Assembly (NCBI GenBank): GCA_964350165.1
Contig: CAYGJA010000001.1
Location: 174,545 to 238,544, forward strand
Source of the DNA: an uncultured Candidatus Saccharibacteria bacterium
GTDB lineage: Bacteria > Patescibacteriota > Minisyncoccia > Phycocordibacterales > UBA1006
Length of the DNA stretch: 64,000 nucleotides
Direction of reading: 5' to 3'
The notes beneath the pieces are model-generated. The model was not told where the DNA came from. It searched no databases and worked only from the letters and a program-made list of their open reading frames with translations. Made by a program: the position numbers and the translations under genes. This document shows, piece by piece, positions 50,259 through 58,814 of this stretch. The number at the start of each line of letters is the position of its first letter. Positions within the stretch are counted from its first letter, which is position 1.

Positions 50259-51545
50259 ATGAACAAAAACAAAATCAAAATTGAATATATTCCTATTACT
50301 AAACTAAAAGCCTCTTCATACAATCCAAGAAAGATTGACCAAAAAAGTTTTGATCAACTTGTAGAAAGCATCAAGCACTTTGATTTGATCGATCCAATTA
50401 TTGTCAACGGATCACCCAATCGCAAAAATATAGTCATTGGTGGGCATATGCGTCTTCGTGCTGCAAAACACCTCGGTCGGGAAACAATGCCGGTTGTTTA
50501 TGTAAACATCTCTGACATAGAAGAGGAAAAAGAACTTAACATCAGACTCAATAAAAACACTGGAGATTGGGATTATGAATTACTCAAATCATTTGATCTC
50601 GACCTCCTTACTGATGTTGGTTTCGACAAAATAGACCTAGCCAGGTTTTGGGACGATGATACGAACGAGTCAAAAGATGATGAATTTAATGTCGAAAAAG
50701 AACAGAAAGAAATCAAAAAAACTGATATTGGGTTGGGTGATTTACTCATCATGGGCCAGCATAAACTTCTCTGCGCAGATGCCACTGATCCAAACGCTCT
50801 CAAAGCAGTATTCGGCAAAGACAAAGCGTCAATGATATACAGTGACCCAATCTATAACATCGGCCTGGATTACGACAAAGGCGTTGGTAACAAAGCAAGC
50901 TACGGTGGTACGGTTGACGATAACAAATCTGCCACGGAGTACAAATCATTTATCAAACAAACACTCGAAGCGGCATTATCTGTGTCAAACAAGAACACCC
51001 ATATCTTCTATTGGTGCGACGAAGCTTGGGTCTGGGTATTCCAGACCTTGTACAACGACCTTGGTATCAAAAATCGTAGACTTAACGTCTGGATAAAAAA
51101 CAACGCTTCGCCAACACCAACCGTAGCATTTAACAAGGTCACGGAGTTCTGTGTATATGGGACAAAAGGAAGTCCTTACCTGTCGCCACACATACGAAAT
51201 TGCACTGAAGTTGTGAATCCAGAATTAGGCACTGGTAATGATTTGCTCGAAGATATTCGCAATGTTTGGACAGAAAAACGTCTCAGAGCATCTGAATATG
51301 AACATGCAACTAGTAAGCCACCTCAATTACACGAAAAAGCAATCAAACGGTGTACAAAGCCTGGAGATATCATACTGGACTCCTTCTCTGGCTCAGCCAG
51401 CACTATGGTCGCTGCTGAAAAACTCAAACGACGAGTATATTCAACGGAGCTAGAACCCATCTTCTGTGAACTCGCGCGTCGCCGCTTCGAAAGTTTCACT
51501 GGTAAAAAAACAAAACTCATCAAAAAATTCTATGAAAAAGCATAA
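50259..51545 (+). CDS. ParB-like domain fused to an N4/N6 DNA methyltransferase
   Basis: YNPRKI...IGGHMRL ParB/Srx domain. SDPIY (motif IV), HATSKP, LDSFSGS (motif I) in beta-class order. Confidence 0.9.
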   Translation: MNKNKIKIEYIPITKLKASSYNPRKIDQKSFDQLVESIKHFDLIDPIIVNGSPNRKNIVIGGHMRLRAAKHLGRETMPVVYVNISDIEEEKELNIRLNKNTGDWDYELLKSFDLDLLTDVGFDKIDLARFWDDDTNESKDDEFNVEKEQKEIKKTDIGLGDLLIMGQHKLLCADATDPNALKAVFGKDKASMIYSDPIYNIGLDYDKGVGNKASYGGTVDDNKSATEYKSFIKQTLEAALSVSNKNTHIFYWCDEAWVWVFQTLYNDLGIKNRRLNVWIKNNASPTPTVAFNKVTEFCVYGTKGSPYLSPHIRNCTEVVNPELGTGNDLLEDIRNVWTEKRLRASEYEHATSKPPQLHEKAIKRCTKPGDIILDSFSGSASTMVAAEKLKRRVYSTELEPIFCELARRRFESFTGKKTKLIKKFYEKA

Positions 51546-51939
51546 ATTCTCCCAAAAGTTCCTCGATGAGCTAAAGAAAGTACCAATAGTTCAGGTTGCC
51601 TGCGAAAAAACAGGATTGTCTCGCAACACTATCTACCGTTGGAAACGTGAAGATAAAAAGTTTGCTCAGGCATTTGACGAGGCACTATCTGATGGGATTT
51701 CATTCGTAAATGATATGAGTGAAAGTCAGTTACTACAACTAATCAAAGAGAAAAATTTTTCAGCTGTGCGCTTCTGGCTTAATAAGCGTCACCCTGCTTA
51801 CAAAGACAAACTAGAGGTGACACGATCTGGAAATATTGAAGAACTTACTCCAGAACAACAAGCTACTGTTCGCAAAGCACTGGAACTTGCCAAAATTATT
51901 CAACCTAAACAAGATATTCATGAAGAAAAATCACAATAA
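51532..51939 (+). CDS. HTH protein, probable terminase small subunit
   Basis: VQVACEKTGLSRNTIYRWK HTH. Overlaps both the MTase end and the TerL start. Confidence 0.7.
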   Translation: MKKHKFSQKFLDELKKVPIVQVACEKTGLSRNTIYRWKREDKKFAQAFDEALSDGISFVNDMSESQLLQLIKEKNFSAVRFWLNKRHPAYKDKLEVTRSGNIEELTPEQQATVRKALELAKIIQPKQDIHEEKSQ

Positions 51940-53458
51940 CATTATTCCGGAAGATCTCTTCCAGACTCTCACCAAAGATAAAACTGTTCGTCGTGAAGTA
52001 ATGAAGAATAGTTTCAACTACTTTTTCCATTTTTACTTTCACCACTATGTAGAATTTGAAACCGCACCTTTCCAACACAATCTCATTTACAAATTGGAAA
52101 ATGAGCCAGATGAGAACATTTATGTCGTAGCATTCCGTGGTTCAGGAAAATCTACCATTGCTACAACGGCTTATCCAATTTGGTCAATCCTTGGGAAGCC
52201 TCAAAAGAAATTCATTATTATCTTCTGTCAAACACGCGCGCAAGCGAAGCAACATATGATGAACATCCGCAACGAACTAGAAAACAATCCTCTCCTCAAG
52301 AATGATCTCGGACCATTTAATGAAGAATCCGATGAATGGGGTTCTCATTCGCTTGTATTTTCAAATACACAGGCCCGTATCACTGTCGCTTCTTCTGAGC
52401 AGAGTATCCGAGGTTTGCGTCATCATCAGCACCGACCTGATTTATTTATCTGTGACGACGTCGAGGACGTACAATCAACTAAAACTCGAGAGGGGCGCAA
52501 CAAGACGTATCAATGGCTCACTGGCGACGTAATACCAGCTGGAGGAAAAAATACTCGATTAGTTGTAGTTGGTAACTTGCTCCATGAAGACTCGCTTCTC
52601 ATGCGTATTCGAGACCGTATCAATCAAAAAGAACTTGCTGGCACTTTCATGTCATGTGCAATTATGGACGACGATGGTAACTCTAATTAGACTGGCAAGT
52701 TTCCTAACCCTGAATCACTAGAAAAGGAACGTAAGAGGATTGGTGACGAAATTGCCTGGCAACGTGAGTATTTGCTGAATATCATTCCTGATGAGGATCA
52801 GGTAATTCATCTAGAATGGCTGCATTTCTACGACAATACCAAGTTGCCGCCAACAGAACATATCACCTTTAATGGCACCTATTCTGGGGTAGATTTGGCA
52901 ATTTCACTGAAAGATACAGCAGACAATACTGCTATTGTATCAGCTAATATTCATGGTCGGAATGAAAAGCTTCGCATATTTATACTGCCAAGCCTGATAA
53001 ATCAGAAAATAGACTTCCCTCAACAAGTTGAACTACTAAAGATGCATCGTGGAGCTGTTCTGAATAAACCCAATGATCGTCTTTTTGTTGAAAGTGTCGC
53101 ATACCAAGATGCATTACCTCAAATGCTTAATTCTCAAGGAGTTGATGCCGAAGCCGTCCGACCATTGAATGATAAGCGGACGCGACTAGCGCTAACCTCA
53201 ACCTCGATAAAGAACGGGAATATCCTTTTCCCGAAAACAGGATGTGAACAGCTTATTGAACAAATTGTGGGTTTTGGAGTAGAGAAACATGACGACTTAG
53301 CTGATGCTTTCTCTCTGCTTATCCACAAGATTGTTGAATTACACACTCAACAAGGAACCATTGCTTTTGCGATTATGGTTACTGGTAGTGACGATGATGC
53401 AGGTATTGTTTATCACAGTGACTATTATGATGTTCTAGACGATTATGATGTCAGCTGA
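51920..53458 (+). pseudogene. Terminase large subunit interrupted by an in-frame TAG at 52688-52690
   Basis: Walker A AFRGSGKST, Walker B FICDDVED. The frame continues after the stop (TGKFPNP...AWQREYLLN) into the nuclease domain GVDLAIS...HDDLADA. Confidence 0.85.
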
Positions 53459-54028
53459 TTATCGATGTTTAATTGAGCCACCCAGTAAATTCTTGAATGA
53501 AACTTTACAGTTAGTAGCCGCTGGGTTGTCTGTGGTAAGTGTGGAAAATGGCGACGTTTGGTCAGGAAGAATGGGGTTGTATTCCAGAAGTGCTTCACTA
53601 GACTTCACAAACGTACCGTCTTCAGTGTAAATACTTCCAAGAACGGCAACATTTTCAAGAGGTTTTCCGCTAATATTCTTAACTTCACCATCAATATGGA
53701 AATAACCATATTCTTTGTAACAGTTAAAAGATAAAAGTTCGAGTTGATCTATATTTGATTCTTGTTGACGACTAGAGCTACTTGATTCACTTCTTGTGCT
53801 TGATGGTGATGGACTGGAGTCGTTGTCTCCTCCAAATATTGCTGTAAACATAACAATCATTCCAATTACAATGATTATCGTTGCTACAACATTTTGTGTT
53901 TTCTGCTTAGTTCCACAATAAGAGCACTTTCTTGCTTGTATAGGAATCTCTTTTAAACATTCGTGACACTTCTTGGTCGTGTTTGGATCGACTGGCTCAT
54001 TTGCTTTCGAGAGCTTAAATGACTTCAT
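53459..54028 (-). CDS. Zinc-ribbon + TM + FxLYD-like Ig-fold protein
   Basis: CHEC...CSYC, one TM, Ser-rich linker, GEVKNISG...IYTEDG...ILPDQTSPF. Confidence 0.8.
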   Translation of the reverse strand: MKSFKLSKANEPVDPNTTKKCHECLKEIPIQARKCSYCGTKQKTQNVVATIIIVIGMIVMFTAIFGGDNDSSPSPSSTRSESSSSSRQQESNIDQLELLSFNCYKEYGYFHIDGEVKNISGKPLENVAVLGSIYTEDGTFVKSSEALLEYNPILPDQTSPFSTLTTDNPAATNCKVSFKNLLGGSIKHR

Positions 54029-54052
54029 AATAAAAACGTACCTAATTAATAA

Positions 54053-54257
54053 TCAGGCAGTGGGCATATAAAAATCCCACCACCAAGTACAGCCGGAGCT
54101 GATATCGCAGATTTCTCTGAAATAGCACGAAGAGTGACCCTTGATGATGGGGTTTCAATACTCTTCGTGTCTAACGATATTTGGACCATACCGCCGTCGA
54201 AACGACGTCGGGTTAGGCCACTAAGTTGTTTTTCTATAGTACTCAACTACTACCTGA
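54053..54257. ncRNA. Candidate structured RNA (multi-helix, about 205 nt)
   Basis: Closing stem 54053-54061/54249-54257, with nested stems ATATCG/CGATAT, CACGAAGAGT/ACTCTTCGTG, CGTCG-AAA-CGACG and GTGGG/CCCAC. Confidence 0.5.
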
Positions 54258-54367
54258 ATAGCAATCAAATACTATAATTTCATTGTATCGCTGTTTGAGT
54301 CTTTTGCTAAACGTTTTGCCAACGTTTTTAGCTTAGCAAAGCAAGTGAACTCTGGCATTAATAGAAT

Positions 54368-55651
54368 ATGGAAAAAGAAGCAAAACTACGCTATTGCCTA
54401 TACGCCAGAAAAAGCACCGAGAGCGATGAACGCCAAGCTTTGTCAATTGAGTCTCAAGTGAAAGAGATGCTTCAAATTGCTGAAAAAGATGGACTAGATA
54501 TTGTCGATATTCGACGTGAAGCCAAGTCTGCTAAAGATTCTGGCAACAGGCCAGTGTTCAAAGAATTACTCAGTGATGTAAAACAAGAACGATTCAATGC
54601 GATTCTGACTTGGGCACCAGATCGGCTGTCTAGAAATGCTGGAGATCTTGGTTCAGTTGTTGATTTGATGGATGATAAGAAACTCTTGTCGATCCGGACA
54701 TATGGTCAAACATTTTCCAACTCACCCAACGAAAAGTTCTTGCTGATGATCCTGTGTTCGCAAGCGAAACTAGAAAACGATAACCGAGGTATTAACGTAA
54801 AACGAGGGCTCCGTACTAGATGTGAAATGGGACTGTGGCCCACTAATGCCCCTACGGGTTACGTCAAAGAAAAGCGCACTGACCGAAAGTGTCAATGCCT
54901 TCTGGATCCAGAGCGAGCGCCAGTAATTAAACAAATGTTTGAGAAGGTCGCATACGAAAAATGGTCAGGACGGAAGCTCTACCACTGGCTCAAGTTTGAT
55001 TTGAACTTCAGGACTGGCAAAGGCAAGAAACATCTCAGCCTCGGTAACATTTACCGCATCCTCGAAAACACCTTTTACTACGGCGAATTTGAATATCCAC
55101 GAAAGTCTGGTAATTGGTACCAAGGAAAACACGAACCAATCATTACCAAAGAACTATTTGACCTGGTTCAAGAACAAGTTAAAAACTCCCAACTGGTTCG
55201 CAAAGAAAACATCGAGTTTGCTTTTACCAAAATCATGAAATGTGGACTTTGCGGATCTGGTATATCCGCCACCGAGAAGTTCAAAAGGCTCAAAGCTGGC
55301 GGGTACAATCGCCATGTCTACTACGGTTGCACCAAGGCAAGAGATAAGCATTGCAAATGCGGCTATATCAATGAGACTGACCTGATAAAACAACTTCAAC
55401 AGCTCACTGGCCAACTCGATCTCAAGAAGACTCCAATGCAGAGCAAGATCAGGTCAGAAATCCGAAGATTCAAGAAGTTCCAAAGGATGGTCACTGGAAA
55501 AAGTGACAATATTGAAGTTACTGATATTGATGTACAGAATTATGCGAAGTTTATTTTGAAAGAAGGTTCAAATGAAGAAAAGCGAGACATTATAAAACAC
55601 CTCAAGGGATTTCTACTTCTCAAAGAAAAAGAATTATCCATTGAAACATAA
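54368..55651 (+). CDS. Large serine recombinase (resolvase-recombinase-zinc ribbon)
   Basis: YARKST catalytic Ser, DRLSRN, APTGY, HEPII, CGLCG...YYGC...C. Confidence 0.95.
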   Translation: MEKEAKLRYCLYARKSTESDERQALSIESQVKEMLQIAEKDGLDIVDIRREAKSAKDSGNRPVFKELLSDVKQERFNAILTWAPDRLSRNAGDLGSVVDLMDDKKLLSIRTYGQTFSNSPNEKFLLMILCSQAKLENDNRGINVKRGLRTRCEMGLWPTNAPTGYVKEKRTDRKCQCLLDPERAPVIKQMFEKVAYEKWSGRKLYHWLKFDLNFRTGKGKKHLSLGNIYRILENTFYYGEFEYPRKSGNWYQGKHEPIITKELFDLVQEQVKNSQLVRKENIEFAFTKIMKCGLCGSGISATEKFKRLKAGGYNRHVYYGCTKARDKHCKCGYINETDLIKQLQQLTGQLDLKKTPMQSKIRSEIRRFKKFQRMVTGKSDNIEVTDIDVQNYAKFILKEGSNEEKRDIIKHLKGFLLLKEKELSIET

Positions 55652-55655
55652 GTAA

Positions 55656-55684
55656 TTTACTTGTACCCCCAAGGGGTATATAAT
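55656..55684 (+). promoter_or_regulatory. CsoR-type operator inside the promoter spacer
   Basis: TTTACT-17-TATAAT with TACCCC-CAA-GGGGTA (55664-55678), matching the G/C-tract CsoR/RcnR operator pattern. Confidence 0.85.
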
Positions 55685-55692
55685 ACTTTCGT

Positions 55693-55962
55693 ATGAAAAG
55701 TGACAAATCAGCGAAGCTGGTGATACGCCTAAAGAAGATCGAAGGGCAAGTTCGCGGACTACAGAGAATGGTTGCCGATGATACTTATTGTATTGATGTA
55801 ATTACACAATCCTCTGCTATTCGCCATGCATTATCTTCGTTTGAAGACAAGCTCCTTGAACAACATCTTTCATCCTGCGTTGTACACCAAATCAAGGAAG
55901 GAAAAGAAAGCCAGGCGATTGATGAAGTTTTGGCGGTCCTCAAAAAAGCCAAGAAAAGATAA
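55693..55962 (+). CDS. csoR: CsoR-family copper-sensing repressor
   Basis: RLKKIEGQVRGL...YCID...EQHLSSCV (C-H-C fingerprint). Confidence 0.92.
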   Translation: MKSDKSAKLVIRLKKIEGQVRGLQRMVADDTYCIDVITQSSAIRHALSSFEDKLLEQHLSSCVVHQIKEGKESQAIDEVLAVLKKAKKR

Positions 55963-55965
55963 TTT

Positions 55966-56379
55966 ATGAATACAAGAGCAACAAAGACAAGGTTATTTTC
56001 ACGAATTGGAATTGGTATTTTTGCTACCGTTGTTTTGATTGCATCCTTACTTTGCCTTAATTCTTTCCAGATGTCGAAAGAAGCTCCCTGTGGTGAGACA
56101 GCACAACATAGCAGCTCGTCACTTTGTGATAGTCCGATCAATCACGTTTCGTTAGCAAATCGAGCAATCCCACAAAATGCACTTGGCCTAGCTGCTTTTT
56201 TCTTACTGCTTGCGACTTTTGCGTTGCACTATGAGTCAGTAGCAAGGTTCTTTAACTCATTAAAAAAGTTTTTCAGCCCTCCGCCCAGACCAATAAGATT
56301 AAGGGCTGTTTCGTACCGAAGTATTTTTGTTTATCTCTTTGCAAAAGGCATTCTTCATACCCAAGTGTATTCATACTAG
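55966..56379 (+). CDS. Small Cys/His membrane protein (possible regulatory leader protein)
   Basis: TM, C..C..H..C..H segment, second TM, SPPPRP, C-terminal LFAKGILH. Confidence 0.6.
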   Translation: MNTRATKTRLFSRIGIGIFATVVLIASLLCLNSFQMSKEAPCGETAQHSSSSLCDSPINHVSLANRAIPQNALGLAAFFLLLATFALHYESVARFFNSLKKFFSPPPRPIRLRAVSYRSIFVYLFAKGILHTQVYSY

Positions 56380-56429
56380 AGTAATTTCTCAGATAAGAAC
56401 TTTTACTCATTTTTTTAAAAACTCAATTC

Positions 56430-57305
56430 ATGAAAAATACAACTATTATTGGCCTTCTCGCGCTTGTAGTGATCTTGGGTGCAGTCTTCCTAATACGGAA
56501 AGGACCTTCTCAGCAGACAATAACACAGGAACAAAATACAGATGAGGATGGTCATCATGATGATGACAAGGTTGCATCATATGAGATCTATCCAGGGGAT
56601 GTTGCCAAGAAAATAGAAAACCAAGAAGACTTTATTTTGTTGGATGTTCGTACTCCACAAGAGTACGAAGAAGTCCACCTGGAAAACGTCCTACTACTTC
56701 CGGTGGAAGAATTGTCACAGCAAACACTAAATGTTATCGGACTTGGACAGGATAAGAAAGACCAAGAAATTATTATTTATTGTCGCAGCGGTGCTCGGAG
56801 CAAAATTGCATATGACGTAATGAAGTCATTGGGCTACACCAATATCACAAGTGTGGCGGGTGGCATGGTTCACTGGCAAGAAGACAATTATCCATTTACT
56901 GAATCTGGTTCATATCAAGGACCAAGTTGGTCAAATAAAACATCGATGACCGAGAAAGTTGAGTCCACTGTCGGGCCTACAATAACCATTGAAAATGATT
57001 TCCATGACTTTGGCGTTATCTCACAGTATGGAGGTGTCGTGACCAAAGATTTCACAATAGTGAACTCTGGTTTAGGAACGCTTGAGATTGGGACACTGAC
57101 GACGAGTTGTAGCTGTACCTCAGCAGAAATGTCTCGCTCATCAATCCCAGAGGGCGGATCAGCTACCCTTACGGTCACCTTTGACCCTGATTTCCACGCT
57201 GAACCAGGTAGCGTATTCAAACGCACCGTCTTTATCCCAACGAATGACCCAAATACTCCCGAAGCTGAAGTGGTCATTCAAGTAGATATTGATGAAGGTA
57301 ATTAA
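56430..57305 (+). CDS. Exported rhodanese domain plus DUF1573-like Ig domain
   Basis: LLDVRTPQEY...YCRSGARS...GGMVHW, then HDFG...TTSCSCT. Confidence 0.85.
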   Translation: MKNTTIIGLLALVVILGAVFLIRKGPSQQTITQEQNTDEDGHHDDDKVASYEIYPGDVAKKIENQEDFILLDVRTPQEYEEVHLENVLLLPVEELSQQTLNVIGLGQDKKDQEIIIYCRSGARSKIAYDVMKSLGYTNITSVAGGMVHWQEDNYPFTESGSYQGPSWSNKTSMTEKVESTVGPTITIENDFHDFGVISQYGGVVTKDFTIVNSGLGTLEIGTLTTSCSCTSAEMSRSSIPEGGSATLTVTFDPDFHAEPGSVFKRTVFIPTNDPNTPEAEVVIQVDIDEGN

Positions 57306-57328
57306 TTAACGTAACTAATTTTAAATTT

Positions 57329-57820
57329 ATGAACAAAGTAACAATAATTTCAATTATAGGTGCAGTGGTTGTTATTGGAGGAGCGATTGCTTTTTCTGCG
57401 TCAACCAATCCTAGTTCTACAAGCCTATCCAAATCTGCTGAGGTCACTGTAGCCTCAGAGATTACTGTTGATCGGGAGATACATGACTTTGGCGAGATCG
57501 ACATCTTTGGAGGCAAAGTTCAATCAGACTTTACCCTCACCAATACAGGCACGGAAGATGTAACCATTACTGCTGCAACAACCAGTTGCGGTTGTACCGA
57601 AGGAGTGGTTGGAGGGGAAAATTTTGGTATGCACTCGAAGCTCACTGCTGAAGTCACTATACCAGTTGGAGAAACCGAAACGCTTACAGCAATCTATGAC
57701 CCACTTGCTCATGGTCCGAATGGTACAGGTCAGATTACTCGACAGCTCTTCCTGAAAACCAATTCAAGAACAACACCAGAAATAGAAGTACGCATCTCTG
57801 CTGATGTATACAAAGATTAA
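57329..57820 (+). CDS. Exported DUF1573-like protein
   Basis: HDFGEI...NTG...TTSCGCT...YDPLAHGP. Confidence 0.8.
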   Translation: MNKVTIISIIGAVVVIGGAIAFSASTNPSSTSLSKSAEVTVASEITVDREIHDFGEIDIFGGKVQSDFTLTNTGTEDVTITAATTSCGCTEGVVGGENFGMHSKLTAEVTIPVGETETLTAIYDPLAHGPNGTGQITRQLFLKTNSRTTPEIEVRISADVYKD

Positions 57821-57822
57821 CC

Positions 57823-58353
57823 ATGAACAAGAAAGCTATCATTACCGTCTTTGTATTCATAAGTGTGTTGATCCCTAGGGCTACGATGGCTCACTGTCCT
57901 CTGTGTACAGCAGGGGCAGGAGCTTTGGCGCTCATCGCAGCATCGCTTGGGGTACCAGGTCTGATTGTGGCGACCTTTGTAGGAGGATTTGCCTTGGCAA
58001 TGGGGATGTGGATCGCAAGAATGATCAAAAAGAAGTACTTTCCAGGGCAAGATCAGGCTGTTACTCTGGCGACGTATCTGCTCACTATTATTCCACTCTG
58101 GCCAGTACTGGTAGATTACAAGGCACTCTATATTCCAGCACTTGGAATTGACAAATATGCTGAAACGATTCCCGTAAACATCTACCTCGTTGGTTCTCTC
58201 CTTGGTGGACTGATCTTGTTCGGATCACCATATCTGAGCAAGTGGGTTTCAAAAACAGCTGGGAAACAATTATTTCCATTCCAAGGCATTGTGATCACGC
58301 TGATATTGCTAGGGTTGTTGCCATTACTCGTTGATAAGTTCTTCCTGACATGA
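57823..58353 (+). CDS. Membrane protein with HCPLC motif
   Basis: Signal followed by AHCPLCTAGAG and several TMs. Confidence 0.75.
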   Translation: MNKKAIITVFVFISVLIPRATMAHCPLCTAGAGALALIAASLGVPGLIVATFVGGFALAMGMWIARMIKKKYFPGQDQAVTLATYLLTIIPLWPVLVDYKALYIPALGIDKYAETIPVNIYLVGSLLGGLILFGSPYLSKWVSKTAGKQLFPFQGIVITLILLGLLPLLVDKFFLT

Positions 58354-58781
58354 TGTATGCAGTAGTGACAATTGTCGGTTCCTTTGTGGTTGGCATACTA
58401 TTGCGCCAGCGATTCACATCACTGTGTGCCATCTGCTTTGCGGTCAGCATTACGTGGATTGTTGGGCTGGTGCTGTTTTTGATCCCAGAGATGGACGGTT
58501 ATGTTGATCCGCTTGCTTTAGGAATTCTCATGGGAGGAAGTGCGATTGGAGGACTGTACTACCTAGGACCACGCACAAAAGAGGAGCTTCATGTATTCAA
58601 GTTGCCTTATGCCATCACTGCCTTCTTTGTTGCCCACTCTGTTATTACAAAAGACTTAGACGTGCGGTTACTCGCTATAATCACTGGGATATGGATTGTA
58701 TTTCTCATTCTGTATGGGACAAGAAATACATCTGCAAAGTCTTGGTTTAACAAAATAGTTGCTTGTTGCAGAGATTGGTAG
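58350..58781 (+). CDS. Membrane protein with CAIC and C-terminal CC
   Basis: ATGA overlap with the previous gene. SLCAICFAV and ACCRDW. Confidence 0.75.
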   Translation: MMYAVVTIVGSFVVGILLRQRFTSLCAICFAVSITWIVGLVLFLIPEMDGYVDPLALGILMGGSAIGGLYYLGPRTKEELHVFKLPYAITAFFVAHSVITKDLDVRLLAIITGIWIVFLILYGTRNTSAKSWFNKIVACCRDW

Positions 58782-58814
58782 CTATTGGGTCTTTATTCGC
58801 TAGTTAAAAACTGT

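Noticed and set aside
52688-52690. Genome- or element-wide stop-codon reassignment
   Set aside because: Core and island genes read fully in code 11, and TAG, TGA and TAA all end genes at expected positions. Only one internal stop was seen.
54046-54246. 66-aa minus-strand ORF
   Set aside because: TTG start, no motif, and it coincides with the paired region, so an RNA structure explains it better.
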